In this document: one piece after another, positions 42,434 to 52,415 of the stretch
Layout: each line of letters begins with the position of its first letter
How positions within the stretch are numbered: position 1 is the first letter of the stretch
Source: an uncultured Verrucomicrobiae bacterium
GTDB lineage: Bacteria > Verrucomicrobiota > Verrucomicrobiia > Chthoniobacterales > Chthoniobacteraceae
Direction of reading: 5' to 3'
Assembly: GCA_963836755.1 (NCBI GenBank)
Contig: CAWIKF010000001.1
Span: 416,001-480,000 of the forward strand
Length of the DNA stretch: 64,000 nucleotides
The notes under the pieces: model-generated
Databases searched by the model: none
The model's input: the letters and a program-made list of their open reading frames with translations, nothing else
Told to the model about the DNA's origin: nothing
Program-made: the position numbers and the translations under genes

Positions 42434-43675
42434 TCAGTGCATGCGCGTGCGCAAGCCCGACGTGAGATTGAAGACCGCGCTCAAGATGCCGAAAACGACG
42501 AGGCCGACGACGGCGGCGATGGCGATCATGATGACCGGCGGAATCAACGCTGACGTGATTTTGACCTGCTTGTCGAGTTCGCGCTCATAGACGTCGGCAA
42601 TCATCTGCATCGTCTCGCCGAAGCGTCCCGTTTGCTCACCGACAGCCATCATGTCGAGGAATAACTCGGGAAAAAGTTTCGTGCGGCGCAGCGCCATTGA
42701 CAGAGCCGCGCCGTCGATCACCGAATGGCGCACCTCGACCATGATCTGTCGCACCCATTCGTTGCCGGCGATTTCCTCGAGCAACGCCAGCGCGTTGAGA
42801 AGAGTGACGCCATTTTCGACGAGCGTGCCGAGAGTGCGGGCGAATTGCGCGTAAAGCCGGTAGCGCATGATGTGGCCGTAGCCCGGCAGATGCCAGCGGA
42901 AGTAATCCCACGCCTTACGCCCGGCTGCGTCGCGCGTCAAAAATTTCCAGATCCCATAAATGGCGGCGGTGACTGCGACCGCGAGCCACCAGTAGCCAAC
43001 GATGAGGCGATTCGCCTGCAGCAGGATGCGGGTGGGCAGCGGCAAAGCCTGGCCGGTTTGCGCAAAAAATCCGGAAAGCTGCGGCACCATCACCGTCATG
43101 AAAATGATGATCAAACCGATGCCGGCGACGACGAGCACCGCGGGATAAACGAGCGCTTGCTGGACGCGATCGCGGAGTGCTTTCACATCGGCCAGATGCA
43201 CGACGAGCCGCCGCATGATTTCCGGAAGTGCGCCGCTCGCTTCGCCCGCCGAAACCATGTTGACGTAAAGCGGCGAAAAAGTTTTCGGATAGTCGCGCAT
43301 CGCTTGCGAAAGGCTGCGGCCCTCGACCAATGCCTGGTGGAGCCCGTGCGACAAAGTTTGCAAAGCCGGTTGCTTGAGGCGCGTGTTTAAGATTCCAAGC
43401 GCTTCATCCAACGTCATGCCGGCCCCGAGCAAATAGCCAAGCTGCTCGGTAAAAATAAACTTTTGCGTCAGTGGGAGCGATAGGTTTGAAATTCCTTGCG
43501 AAGCTGGCTTCGATTTTTCCGATTCCTGCCGAGGCTTTTCCAGCGACTCTACTTTGATCGGAAAGTGATGCCGTTCTTCGATTTGCAGGATCGCACTCGC
43601 GCGGTCGCCGGAGTCGAGGACGCCTTCCACGAGTTTTCCATCGGACGAACGCGCGGTGTAACGAAACCGTGGCAT
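42434..43675 (-). CDS. gspF: type II secretion inner-membrane protein GspF
   Basis: MPRFRYTA, AGEASGAL, ALVYP and VGEQTG motifs. Confidence 0.95.
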   Translation of the reverse strand: MPRFRYTARSSDGKLVEGVLDSGDRASAILQIEERHHFPIKVESLEKPRQESEKSKPASQGISNLSLPLTQKFIFTEQLGYLLGAGMTLDEALGILNTRLKQPALQTLSHGLHQALVEGRSLSQAMRDYPKTFSPLYVNMVSAGEASGALPEIMRRLVVHLADVKALRDRVQQALVYPAVLVVAGIGLIIIFMTVMVPQLSGFFAQTGQALPLPTRILLQANRLIVGYWWLAVAVTAAIYGIWKFLTRDAAGRKAWDYFRWHLPGYGHIMRYRLYAQFARTLGTLVENGVTLLNALALLEEIAGNEWVRQIMVEVRHSVIDGAALSMALRRTKLFPELFLDMMAVGEQTGRFGETMQMIADVYERELDKQVKITSALIPPVIMIAIAAVVGLVVFGILSAVFNLTSGLRTRMH

Positions 43676-43876
43676 AAAGTCGATGAAACCGAATTCGCTG
43701 AAGCTGTCAATGAAAGTGCTTGCCGCGCCAGCCAGGAACCGCTAACACCGCGCATGTCAGATTCCGTCCTACTCGAAGTCGATGGGGCGCGCCTACAACG
43801 AATATAGATTCTAATCCATTGATAGATTGTTTAAATAAGTATTAAATCTCCTCCGAGCTAAAGCAGCTTTTATAAT

Positions 43877-44347
43877 ATGTCGAAATCGTTTTTCTTTTAC
43901 TTTGGTCTTCTTGCCGTTGCATTCCTAGGCGGCCTGACATTTGCGTTTTCAAAACAAGGCGATCCAAACCACGCACAGGCGATGTTGCTGACGCCGGTTC
44001 CGGCGCAGTCTTCGCTTTACGTTCAAAACGAGGAAATTCCTCCTGCTGCATCGAATCAACCGGCAACGACTGCTGCTGGCGACGGCGGTGAAGCCGCGTC
44101 TTCCGACGGCAAGGAAGTAATGGCGCCCGACGGCAAGGAAGTCCTCGCACCGGATGGCAAAGAGATATTGGGCAAAGAAGTTTTGCCACCCGTTGCCGAA
44201 TTGATTACACCGCAAACGAGCCAAGTTTTCTTCCGGCTTGATGACCCGGCCAATGAATTGCTCAATAATCCCAACCATAGCAATACACACGGCCCAGTCG
44301 TTTCGCCTGATACAAGCACGATTCCGCCCGTCGAAGTGTCGGAATAA
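43877..44347 (+). CDS. exported low-complexity protein with DGKE repeats
   Basis: Signal peptide; DGKEVMAP-DGKEVLAP-DGKEIL-GKEVLPP. Confidence 0.7.
   Translation: MSKSFFFYFGLLAVAFLGGLTFAFSKQGDPNHAQAMLLTPVPAQSSLYVQNEEIPPAASNQPATTAAGDGGEAASSDGKEVMAPDGKEVLAPDGKEILGKEVLPPVAELITPQTSQVFFRLDDPANELLNNPNHSNTHGPVVSPDTSTIPPVEVSE
44105..44190 (+). repeat. 24-bp-period degenerate coding tandem repeat
   Basis: gacggcaaggaagtaatggcgccc / gacggcaaggaagtcctcgcaccg / gatggcaaagagatattg / ggcaaagaagttttgccacc. Confidence 0.8.
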
Positions 44348-44390
44348 TCCCGTCAACGAAAAGAGTGACAGGCCGTTTGGAAAAACGAAA

Positions 44391-45902
44391 ATGATCGATG
44401 TGCGAAAGTATCTAGGACTTAGCTTTGCGATTTCGCTATCGGCATTCTTTAGCACGGCTACCTTTGCAGTTGATACTCCTTCGTTAAACGTTGCGGCAAA
44501 TTCCGCTCCTGCTGATGGCACCTCGACCGGCGAAGATTCTCCGGACCCACAAGCCAACTCCTCAGGAGATTCAGACGCTGCGACAACGCCTACGAAAAAA
44601 GGTCAGTATTCAAATCCGGACACCTTCACTGATCAGGAAGATCGCGCTCCCGTAAAACCCGCCAATCCCGAGTATCCGACTCCGCCTTTGCCAGCGACGG
44701 ATACGACCGAGACATCCGAGGTTTCGCCTCCCATTGAGCTGCCGCTGCAATCGACTTTTTCGCAATGGGATTTTGCCGGCTTGGAATCCCCGTTGTATGG
44801 CGCCGAAGATATCACCGAGTTCAGCGAGAGACCGCTTTCCCTGACGGAGAAATGGGACATAAAGCCGCATGTAAGTGTAGCTGCGCTCTTCGACGACAAC
44901 ATCTACCTTTCGAGTCACAACGCCAAGAGTGACTTTTTGACGAGGATCGCGCCTGGTGTTGGTGTGAGAATAGGCAATTCCTCAAGCATGTTCTATCTCA
45001 CGGGAGACTACACTGCTGGAGCTGAACTTTTCCTCGAACACGGCGGTGCGGATACTTTCGATCAAAATGCAAAGCTGAGTCTGCAATGCAGTTTGCCGAA
45101 GCTGACGCTCGGGCTCTTCGGCGGATTAGTGGCTGACACCGGCACGAGCATCGACGTAAGCAACCGCGTCCATCGCGAGCTCTATCAAGTCGGGGTCACA
45201 TCGCACTACACCTTTAGCGAAAAGACTTCGATCGATGTCAATGGGATCTATAACTTTGACACTTATCATGGCTTAATTGACTCGAGTCAAATTGCGGGGC
45301 AAGTCTATGCCAACTATGAATACTCGCCAAAGTCGACGGTCAGCTTGGGAGTCACTACGGGCTACGTCGATGTTCAGGATGGAGATAATCAGGTTTTCGA
45401 GCAAGGGTCATTGCGTTTGACTTATCGCATCACCGGAAAGTTAACTTTGATTTCAGACACCGGTGTGGAGTTTCGGCAGTTCAGTGACGGTGCCAACGAT
45501 TACGTCACGCCCGTGTTCAGCTTGGGCGCGACATGGAATGTGACGGCGCGCTCTCAGATCAGTCTCACCGCACGCAGGCAGGTGTTTCCATCTGCGATTT
45601 TGGCCCAGCAGGATTATGCAGCAACGAGTGTCGATATGACATTTCGACAGAATATTACGGAGCGTGTGGCCGTCTCTATTTCTGGCGGTTACGAAAACTC
45701 GTCTTATACAGCGACGGCCAGCGGAGTCACTGCGACAAGGGAGGACAATTTCTTCTATGCGCGCCCGAGCGTGCAATGGCATGTGCGTCAATGGCTTTCC
45801 CTGGGAGCATTCTATGAACGGAGTCAAAACTTTTCCACAGGTGAAGGCGCCCGCAGCTTTGGGCGCGATCGTGTTGGCCTGCAAGCTGCTCTAGCATTTT
45901 GA
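44391..45902 (+). CDS. outer-membrane beta-barrel protein (polysaccharide-export associated)
   Basis: Signal peptide, disordered N-terminus, FDDNIY, amphipathic strands, terminal Phe (VGLQAALAF). Confidence 0.85.
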   Translation: MIDVRKYLGLSFAISLSAFFSTATFAVDTPSLNVAANSAPADGTSTGEDSPDPQANSSGDSDAATTPTKKGQYSNPDTFTDQEDRAPVKPANPEYPTPPLPATDTTETSEVSPPIELPLQSTFSQWDFAGLESPLYGAEDITEFSERPLSLTEKWDIKPHVSVAALFDDNIYLSSHNAKSDFLTRIAPGVGVRIGNSSSMFYLTGDYTAGAELFLEHGGADTFDQNAKLSLQCSLPKLTLGLFGGLVADTGTSIDVSNRVHRELYQVGVTSHYTFSEKTSIDVNGIYNFDTYHGLIDSSQIAGQVYANYEYSPKSTVSLGVTTGYVDVQDGDNQVFEQGSLRLTYRITGKLTLISDTGVEFRQFSDGANDYVTPVFSLGATWNVTARSQISLTARRQVFPSAILAQQDYAATSVDMTFRQNITERVAVSISGGYENSSYTATASGVTATREDNFFYARPSVQWHVRQWLSLGAFYERSQNFSTGEGARSFGRDRVGLQAALAF

Positions 45903-45905
45903 AGA

Positions 45906-46535
45906 ATGCTTGCTCCTTTCTTATGCCGGTGGATGAGTGTGCTGGCGGCGACTGGAGTTCTGATTTCTCCAGCATTCGCTGAACCGGAGGCTCTTCGCGC
46001 TACACCGGTCGAAAAACCTGCCCGCGTGCCAGCGGATCCGGATACTTACCTATTGACGCCGAGAGATGTCGTCCACATCAAGGTATTTCAGGAGGAAGAG
46101 CTGGAAACGACGGCGAGGATCGGCAAGGATGGAACCATTCCGTTCCCGCTTCTGGGCTCGGCGAAGATTGGGGGCGAGACGTTGCATCAGGCAACCAGCA
46201 CCATGGAGCAGCTATTGCACAAGTATCTCATCCAACCTCAGGTGGACCTCTCCATCGTCGAGTATTCGAAGCGTCATTTCACCATCCTCGGACAGGTAAA
46301 CAAGCCGGGAACGATCGACATGCCAGATGATACGACGGTGAATTTATTGGAGGCGATCGGCATGGCCGGAGGTTATACACGCATCGCAAACCCGTCGAAG
46401 GTCACCGTGAAACGACTGGTGCAAGGAAAGGAAACTATTTTTAAGTTGGACGGCAAAAATATGCTGAAAGAGACCGGGCCGAGATTTGAGGTGGAACCAG
46501 GAGATACCATCTACGTGGGAGAGGCACTTTTTTAA
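45906..46535 (+). CDS. short polysaccharide export (OPX/Wza-like) protein
   Basis: YLLTPRDVVHIKVF, DGTIPFPLLG, GQVNKPG and LLEAIGMAGG (Poly_export + SLBB). Confidence 0.9.
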   Translation: MLAPFLCRWMSVLAATGVLISPAFAEPEALRATPVEKPARVPADPDTYLLTPRDVVHIKVFQEEELETTARIGKDGTIPFPLLGSAKIGGETLHQATSTMEQLLHKYLIQPQVDLSIVEYSKRHFTILGQVNKPGTIDMPDDTTVNLLEAIGMAGGYTRIANPSKVTVKRLVQGKETIFKLDGKNMLKETGPRFEVEPGDTIYVGEALF

Positions 46536-46538
46536 AGG

Positions 46539-48713
46539 ATGTATCCTAACAAGCAACCCATAGGAATTCCGCCCGATACTTCGGAAAGTTCTCTTAACCT
46601 GGAGCAAATCACGCATGTGCTTCGGGAAAAGGCATGGCTGATCACGCTCTTCGGCGTTATCGGAATATTTGCGGGTCTCGCCTACATCCATCAAACTCCT
46701 GTGACCTATCAAGCGCAGGCGGTGCTGCAGGTGGATCCGGAACAGGTGCGGGTTACAAATTTTGAGGATGTGCAGCAGACTACTCGGGACCCAATCAGTG
46801 ATGAAATGGGACAGACTTTGCTCGCAGTTTTCAAGAGTCGCTCTTTTGCGCAAAAGGTGATCGAAAGGTATAACCTTCTCAAGAATCCTGAGTTCCTCAA
46901 TGCGGCCAAGCCGCACTCCATGGAAGAAGCCATAAACGCCCTCGTCGGCATGTCGAATGTTGCGATTAGGCATGGAACGCGTTTTATCGACGTCGCAATC
47001 CAGTGTGGAAATCCGGGCTTGGCGAAACAACTCGCGGATGCGTTGGCCGATACATTCATTCAGCAACTCGTAGATCAGCGCGCAAACACTTCTAAACTAG
47101 CCATTGATTACCTCCTCGAGGAAGCAGCGAAGACCAAGGAGAAGTTGCAACACAGCGAGACCGCGCTGCAGGACTATGTCGAGAAAAACGACTCAATTTC
47201 ACTGCAGGAGAATCAAGACACTGTTGTTGCAGAACTAAAAAATCTCAGCACGCAGCTCGGCGTGGCGCGAGCGGCGAGAACGAGATTGGAGACGGATGAT
47301 GAAGCTATCAAAAAGCATCTAAACGATCCTACCGCGTTGCTCGCGATTCCAAGCGTGGCGAATCACCCGACCATTGCCGCGAGCAGACAGGAGATTGGGG
47401 AGCTGGACGCAAAAATTTCGACTCTGAGCCTTCGCTATACGAATGAACATCCGAAGATGATCCAGGCGAAGGCGCAACTAGCGGAGGCGAAGCAGGCGTT
47501 GAGTGAAAATGTGCTTAAAATTCCGCCAATCATTCATGCCTCCTATGAACAAGCAGTGGCGACTGAAGAAAAGTTCGCTCGAGCGCTGACCGATCAAGAA
47601 AAGGTGGCGATGGCTTTGAACAAGCAGAGCATTGGATACAACGTCCTTTCCCGCGATGTCGAAACTGACAAGGCTCTTTACGAAGCAGTGCTTACTCGGT
47701 TGAAACAAGCAAAAATCGCAACCGGGGTCGAGCTGACCAATGTCCACATTTTTGAACGGGCGGTCTGGCCGGGCGCGCCGCTGCAGGCGAGAAAGTCGCG
47801 CGTTCTTTCCATCAGTCTCATCGGCGGTCTTTTACTCGGCGTTGGGCTGAGTTTGGGACTCAACGCGCTCGATAGCTCTGTCAAAAGCGTCGATCAAGCG
47901 GAGCAAATCTACGAACTGACAGTGCTTGCGGCAGTTCCGCGGGAGTCACACGGCTCCTCAAAATATCCTGTCCTATCCATAGTCATGGCGCCTAGTTCCG
48001 TCATCGCCGAAGCCTTTCGCTCATTGCGCACTGCGCTTTATCTGGCCGGTAGGAACAAAGGTCGCAAGATCGTGTTATTTACAAGCGCACTTGCAGGTGA
48101 GGGAAAAACATTTTGCTCACTCAACTACGCGGCGGCCTTGGCGCAGCAGGGATTGCGAACCTTGTTGATCGATGCGGACTTGAGAGCCCCGATGGTGGGA
48201 TCGATTCTAATGCCCGGCGTGGAAAGCACGGGCTTGGCTGAGCTTCTAGAAAATAAGTCAGCCGAGATGCATGCGACGGATATCGAAAATCTGATGGTAT
48301 TGCCGGCCGGGAAGCCAGTGCCCAATCCCGCTGAAGTCTTGGCGGGGCCAGGCTTTGGGAGAGTGATCGCGGAACTCGAACGAAATTTTGATCGCATCGT
48401 CATCGATACCGCGCCTGTCACGGCGGTAAGTGACACCTTGCTGCTGGTCGAGCACGCGCAAGCAGTCTGTCTCGTCGCGCGTGCTGGCAGAACGCCTCGG
48501 AAGTGGACTTTGCGTGCAATCAGGCTGCTCACCGATGCTGGTGCGAAACCCACAGGCTTGATTTTGAATCAAGTCCCGATGCACATGTCGCACGCGTATA
48601 GCTACTACCCCGGAAGCTATGGGGATCCCGGTGTTTATGGTTCAAATGTTCCTGGAAGGTCGGGTGAGAAAAAGGAAGGAACTGCCGCAGTCGAGATCAC
48701 GCCTCGGAGTTAG
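46539..48713 (+). CDS. polysaccharide co-polymerase / tyrosine autokinase (Wzc-like)
   Basis: Two TM helices, EAFRSLRT, GEGKT, IDADLR, IDTAP and a Tyr-rich tail. Confidence 0.93.
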   Translation: MYPNKQPIGIPPDTSESSLNLEQITHVLREKAWLITLFGVIGIFAGLAYIHQTPVTYQAQAVLQVDPEQVRVTNFEDVQQTTRDPISDEMGQTLLAVFKSRSFAQKVIERYNLLKNPEFLNAAKPHSMEEAINALVGMSNVAIRHGTRFIDVAIQCGNPGLAKQLADALADTFIQQLVDQRANTSKLAIDYLLEEAAKTKEKLQHSETALQDYVEKNDSISLQENQDTVVAELKNLSTQLGVARAARTRLETDDEAIKKHLNDPTALLAIPSVANHPTIAASRQEIGELDAKISTLSLRYTNEHPKMIQAKAQLAEAKQALSENVLKIPPIIHASYEQAVATEEKFARALTDQEKVAMALNKQSIGYNVLSRDVETDKALYEAVLTRLKQAKIATGVELTNVHIFERAVWPGAPLQARKSRVLSISLIGGLLLGVGLSLGLNALDSSVKSVDQAEQIYELTVLAAVPRESHGSSKYPVLSIVMAPSSVIAEAFRSLRTALYLAGRNKGRKIVLFTSALAGEGKTFCSLNYAAALAQQGLRTLLIDADLRAPMVGSILMPGVESTGLAELLENKSAEMHATDIENLMVLPAGKPVPNPAEVLAGPGFGRVIAELERNFDRIVIDTAPVTAVSDTLLLVEHAQAVCLVARAGRTPRKWTLRAIRLLTDAGAKPTGLILNQVPMHMSHAYSYYPGSYGDPGVYGSNVPGRSGEKKEGTAAVEITPRS

Positions 48714-50061
48714 CGGGAAGGTTGTCGATCGACCATAATCGGCAGCTCCATGCGAAGCCCATGTAGGTCACGACGTAAAGTTGTAGCGAGGCGATTTGCA
48801 ACGGAAAGTCTACGAGCGCATGCAGCGCCACACCTGCGAGCGCCAAGCCGCTGGTGAACAGCAAAACGGGGTCGGACGTGCTTGAGCGTCGCGCTTTTCG
48901 CCAGTTGGAAAAGAGTTTAAAGATTGCGCCGAAAAAGAGGATCGCCCACGGCATGGCGCCTAGCCATCCCCACTCGATGATCGTCTGCAAGTAATCGTCG
49001 TGTGCATATTTCCAAATTCCGGCGATGGCATCGCCGAAAGCATTTGTGTAGTGCGGGAAAGCAAGCATGAAAGTCCCGGGGCCGAAGCCGTGCCAGCTTG
49101 CGGTCGGGATCATCTTCAGGCAAACCTGCGTGGAGATGAGCCTCTTGTTGTCTGAATTCAATTGGCTTTCGAGCAGCGCCCATTTTTTCGCGGGCCGCTC
49201 CCAACCGGCGAACGCTACTAAGCATACCAAGGCGACGATCATGATCGCGCCATAAGCAGCTCTCAGCTTGCGCGGCGGCAGAAGCGTGCCGCGGCTGGAA
49301 CGATCGAATTGCCAGGCCAGCAGCGAGGCGCATAACAGCGCTGTGATTACCATCCCTGTGCGCGACACATTCACGAACGCCCCCGCGGCGCAAATAAAAA
49401 AGCCGGGCGCCCAGATTGGCCGAAGGCGAGCGGCGGCATTTCTTAAAGTCAAGGCTGCCAAACCAGCAACGAGCGGCAGCACCAGATTGATGTAGGCGCC
49501 TGCGTTTCCGTGGTAGTAGTAAGTGGCGAAAAACGGGACGTTTGCATCCTCCGTCACCGAAAAAATCAGCGGTCTGGACGAAGCGCTTTGCACCAGTCCG
49601 AAAAGCACCAGCGCAATCCCGGTGCTGGCAATCGTCCACCAAATCCGCCGCCGCCATACCCGGCGTGCAGCGAGATCGCAGACAAAACAGAGGATTCCAA
49701 GCAGCGCGCTGACTCGCAGCATCTGCTCGGTAGAAGTGCCCGCGTCCACCGACCCCGGCAACGACGGAAAGCGGGCGGCGATCGGTTCAAAGCGGAAATG
49801 CCCAATGTTTCGAAAATGAGGATTGAGGGTCATTCCCCAACCTTGAAGTAAGATCACCGCTCCACACCAGAGAACCAGTGGATGGATGCTCGGCTTCATT
49901 CTGCGGGCGGCGCATCCGATTGCCCAAAGGAAAAGGATCGCGAACAAAAGGATTTCGAGCCAATGAATGATCGATGGCGGCGTGCTGCCGTAAGCCCATG
50001 GCGCAAAAATCAACGCGGCCAAAAACATCCACCGCGGAATTTCAATAAATATACGAAGCAT
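48697..50061 (-). CDS. O-antigen ligase family protein
   Basis: Multi-TM; SRTG, GFGPGTF, YAHDDYLQ and HALVDFPLQI motifs. Confidence 0.88.
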   Translation of the reverse strand: MLRIFIEIPRWMFLAALIFAPWAYGSTPPSIIHWLEILLFAILFLWAIGCAARRMKPSIHPLVLWCGAVILLQGWGMTLNPHFRNIGHFRFEPIAARFPSLPGSVDAGTSTEQMLRVSALLGILCFVCDLAARRVWRRRIWWTIASTGIALVLFGLVQSASSRPLIFSVTEDANVPFFATYYYHGNAGAYINLVLPLVAGLAALTLRNAAARLRPIWAPGFFICAAGAFVNVSRTGMVITALLCASLLAWQFDRSSRGTLLPPRKLRAAYGAIMIVALVCLVAFAGWERPAKKWALLESQLNSDNKRLISTQVCLKMIPTASWHGFGPGTFMLAFPHYTNAFGDAIAGIWKYAHDDYLQTIIEWGWLGAMPWAILFFGAIFKLFSNWRKARRSSTSDPVLLFTSGLALAGVALHALVDFPLQIASLQLYVVTYMGFAWSCRLWSIDNLPANSEA

Positions 50062-50373
50062 CACAACCCGAAGGGAGTCGATAAGCACTGTTCAAAGTGC
50101 CGTCAATGCCTTATTTACAAGCTTTGAACCTGTAGGAGGAAGGACGACAAAGACAATGCCAGAAGTCCCATGCTGCTATCAGCAGCACTCTAATTGCCAC
50201 GGCTGCGACCAACCGCTACTTTGGGGCGCTATCAGAGGGACCTTTACCGATCTGGAACGCTGCGAATGGCATTGCGAGACACGAGCAATGACCAAGTGCG
50301 GCAGCATGGAGTGATTTCTCAAGCTGTTTTTTTTGATCTGTTGGTTCATTTTTCTTTGAAGTAACTGAAGATT

Positions 50374-50925
50374 TTGACATACCAAACCTCACCTACTCAG
50401 GTTGATCTGCCCACCGTCCCGGAGTTTCCGAGATCTCTCTCGCATCTCTCGGAGCTGGAAGCTTCAACCATCGATATCTTCGTCCATATCGCTCACCTCT
50501 TTGGCGTCTCAAAGTCCGTCGGCGAAATTTATGGACTCCTTTTCCTGACTCCTTCACCAGTGACCTTCGATTACATACGCGCGAAGCTTGCGATGAGCAG
50601 CGGCTCGGCCAGCCAGGGCTTGCGACTGCTTCGCACGGTAGGTGCAGTCCGCGTCGCCTACGTGCGCGGGGAGCGCCGCGATCATTTTTTAGCCGAAACG
50701 AGGCTGCGCAAAATCGTTAGCGGCTTCCTGCGCGAAAAAGTAGCACCCAACCTTACCACTCACGAAGAGCGTCTCGAACAGCTCTCCACGTTGCTGCCGG
50801 AAATCCCCAGCACTGATAGGGCATTGATAGAGGATCGTATCCAGACTTTGCACAATTGGCGCAAGCAAGCACGCGCCGTGCTCCCGATGGTCATCAACGG
50901 CCTCGAAATGGAAAACAAATCATGA
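50374..50925 (+). CDS. GbsR/MarR-family transcriptional regulator
   Basis: FGVSKSVGEIYGLLF, SSGSASQGLRLL and GERRDHF motifs. Start uncertain. Confidence 0.85.
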   Translation: MTYQTSPTQVDLPTVPEFPRSLSHLSELEASTIDIFVHIAHLFGVSKSVGEIYGLLFLTPSPVTFDYIRAKLAMSSGSASQGLRLLRTVGAVRVAYVRGERRDHFLAETRLRKIVSGFLREKVAPNLTTHEERLEQLSTLLPEIPSTDRALIEDRIQTLHNWRKQARAVLPMVINGLEMENKS

Positions 50926-51476
50926 GCGACGCGCTTCAAAACCCGGCATGGTATTGTGTGCGTTCACAGCCAAAGGCCGAGCATATTGCGGCCGGTTGCC
51001 TTCACGTTCTTGAAGGAGTCGAGGCATACTGTCCCCGGATTCGCTATAGACGCATGACGCGCCGCGGACCGGTCTGGTTTTCCGAAGGCTTGTTTCCTGG
51101 CTATCTATTTTCGCGATTCACGCCGGCCCAGTCTCAAAAGGCTGTCACCTATGCCCGTGGCGTGAAGAACCTCGTGCGTTTCGGCGAGGAACTCGCGGTG
51201 ATTTCCGATAACACGATCTCAGATCTTCGGGCCAAAATGGGCGAGGAAGATTGCAAGGTCATCGATGCCGAAGTGCGAGAGGGCGACACCGTAACGATCT
51301 CCGACGGCATCTTCAAGGGCCTCACGACCGTAGTTACGCAGCTACTGCCGGCGCGGGAGCGCGTGAGAGTGCTGCTGGATTTTCTTGGCGGGACTCGAGA
51401 GGTGGAAGTTAACGAGGAACATCTCATTTCCGAGCGAGCTCATTTCTTGTCAGTGGACAACGGCTTATCTTCATGA
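50922..51476 (+). CDS. NusG-family antiterminator paralog (RfaH/UpxY-like)
   Basis: WYCVRSQPKAE, LFPGYLF, RGVKNLVRFG and KOW domain (GDTVTISDGIFKG). Confidence 0.9.
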   Translation: MSDALQNPAWYCVRSQPKAEHIAAGCLHVLEGVEAYCPRIRYRRMTRRGPVWFSEGLFPGYLFSRFTPAQSQKAVTYARGVKNLVRFGEELAVISDNTISDLRAKMGEEDCKVIDAEVREGDTVTISDGIFKGLTTVVTQLLPARERVRVLLDFLGGTREVEVNEEHLISERAHFLSVDNGLSS

Positions 51477-52393
51477 ATCCTGAAACTGTCGCCTCTGTTC
51501 CGATCGATGGGTTGACCGGACTTCAGTCCGTGTCCTCGGCGAATACTTTGTCTCCTTACAAAGTTGTTCTCACTCCTGACACCCGTTGGCTAAGTCTGGA
51601 GTTGAAAAGTATCTGGCATTATCGCGATCTCCTTTCACTGCTGGTATGGCGCGACTTTGTGGCCAAGTATAAGCAGACAATCCTCGGACCTCTTTGGTTT
51701 ATCATTCAGCCGGTTTTGCTGACCCTCGTCTTCACAATCATTTTCGGAAAGGTCGCAAAGCTGCCAACCGATGGACTGCCTCCACTTCTGTTTTATCTTT
51801 GTGGACAACTGGGCTGGAGTTACTTTGCGCAGAACTTTGCGTCAAACTCCGCGACCTTGGTCGATAACTCTGCCCTGTTCAGCAAAGTTTACTTTCCCAG
51901 ACTGGTCGTGCCGCTTTCCGCGGTAATCTCAAACCTATTCGCATTTGTCATTCAGGCTTTGACCTTCATGGCATTTTTTCTCTACTTCAAGTTCGTTTTA
52001 AAAACCGGCGGGTTTGGTGTTGATTGGCATGTAGTTTTTCTTCCGCTTTTGATTTTGCAGGTTGCGGCGTTCAGCTTTGGCGTCGGATTAATCATGTCGT
52101 CAATCACTGCGAAATACCGCGATTTGACCCACCTTTCCGGCTTGATCATTCAAGTATGGATGTATTCGACCACTGTTATCTACCCGCTCTCGAAGTTCCC
52201 GCCCCAATGGCAGTGGCTCGTCGCGCTGAACCCCATGACCTCAGTCGTCGAATCATTTAGACTTATGCTGCTTGGAACAGGCACGGTTATTCCACTCTAT
52301 CTCGCTCTTTCGATCGTCGTAACTTTGATTGTTTTAATCGCCGGGCTTTTGCTTTTCTCGAGAGTAGAGAAGTCCTTCGTTGATTCCGTATAG
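51473..52393 (+). CDS. wzm: ABC-2 polysaccharide exporter permease Wzm
   Basis: YRDLL...RDF..KYKQTILG.LW, KVYFPR and NPMT motifs. Confidence 0.93.
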   Translation: MNPETVASVPIDGLTGLQSVSSANTLSPYKVVLTPDTRWLSLELKSIWHYRDLLSLLVWRDFVAKYKQTILGPLWFIIQPVLLTLVFTIIFGKVAKLPTDGLPPLLFYLCGQLGWSYFAQNFASNSATLVDNSALFSKVYFPRLVVPLSAVISNLFAFVIQALTFMAFFLYFKFVLKTGGFGVDWHVVFLPLLILQVAAFSFGVGLIMSSITAKYRDLTHLSGLIIQVWMYSTTVIYPLSKFPPQWQWLVALNPMTSVVESFRLMLLGTGTVIPLYLALSIVVTLIVLIAGLLLFSRVEKSFVDSV

Positions 52394-52415
52394 CGCTACA
52401 TCAAGGCAAAACGTC

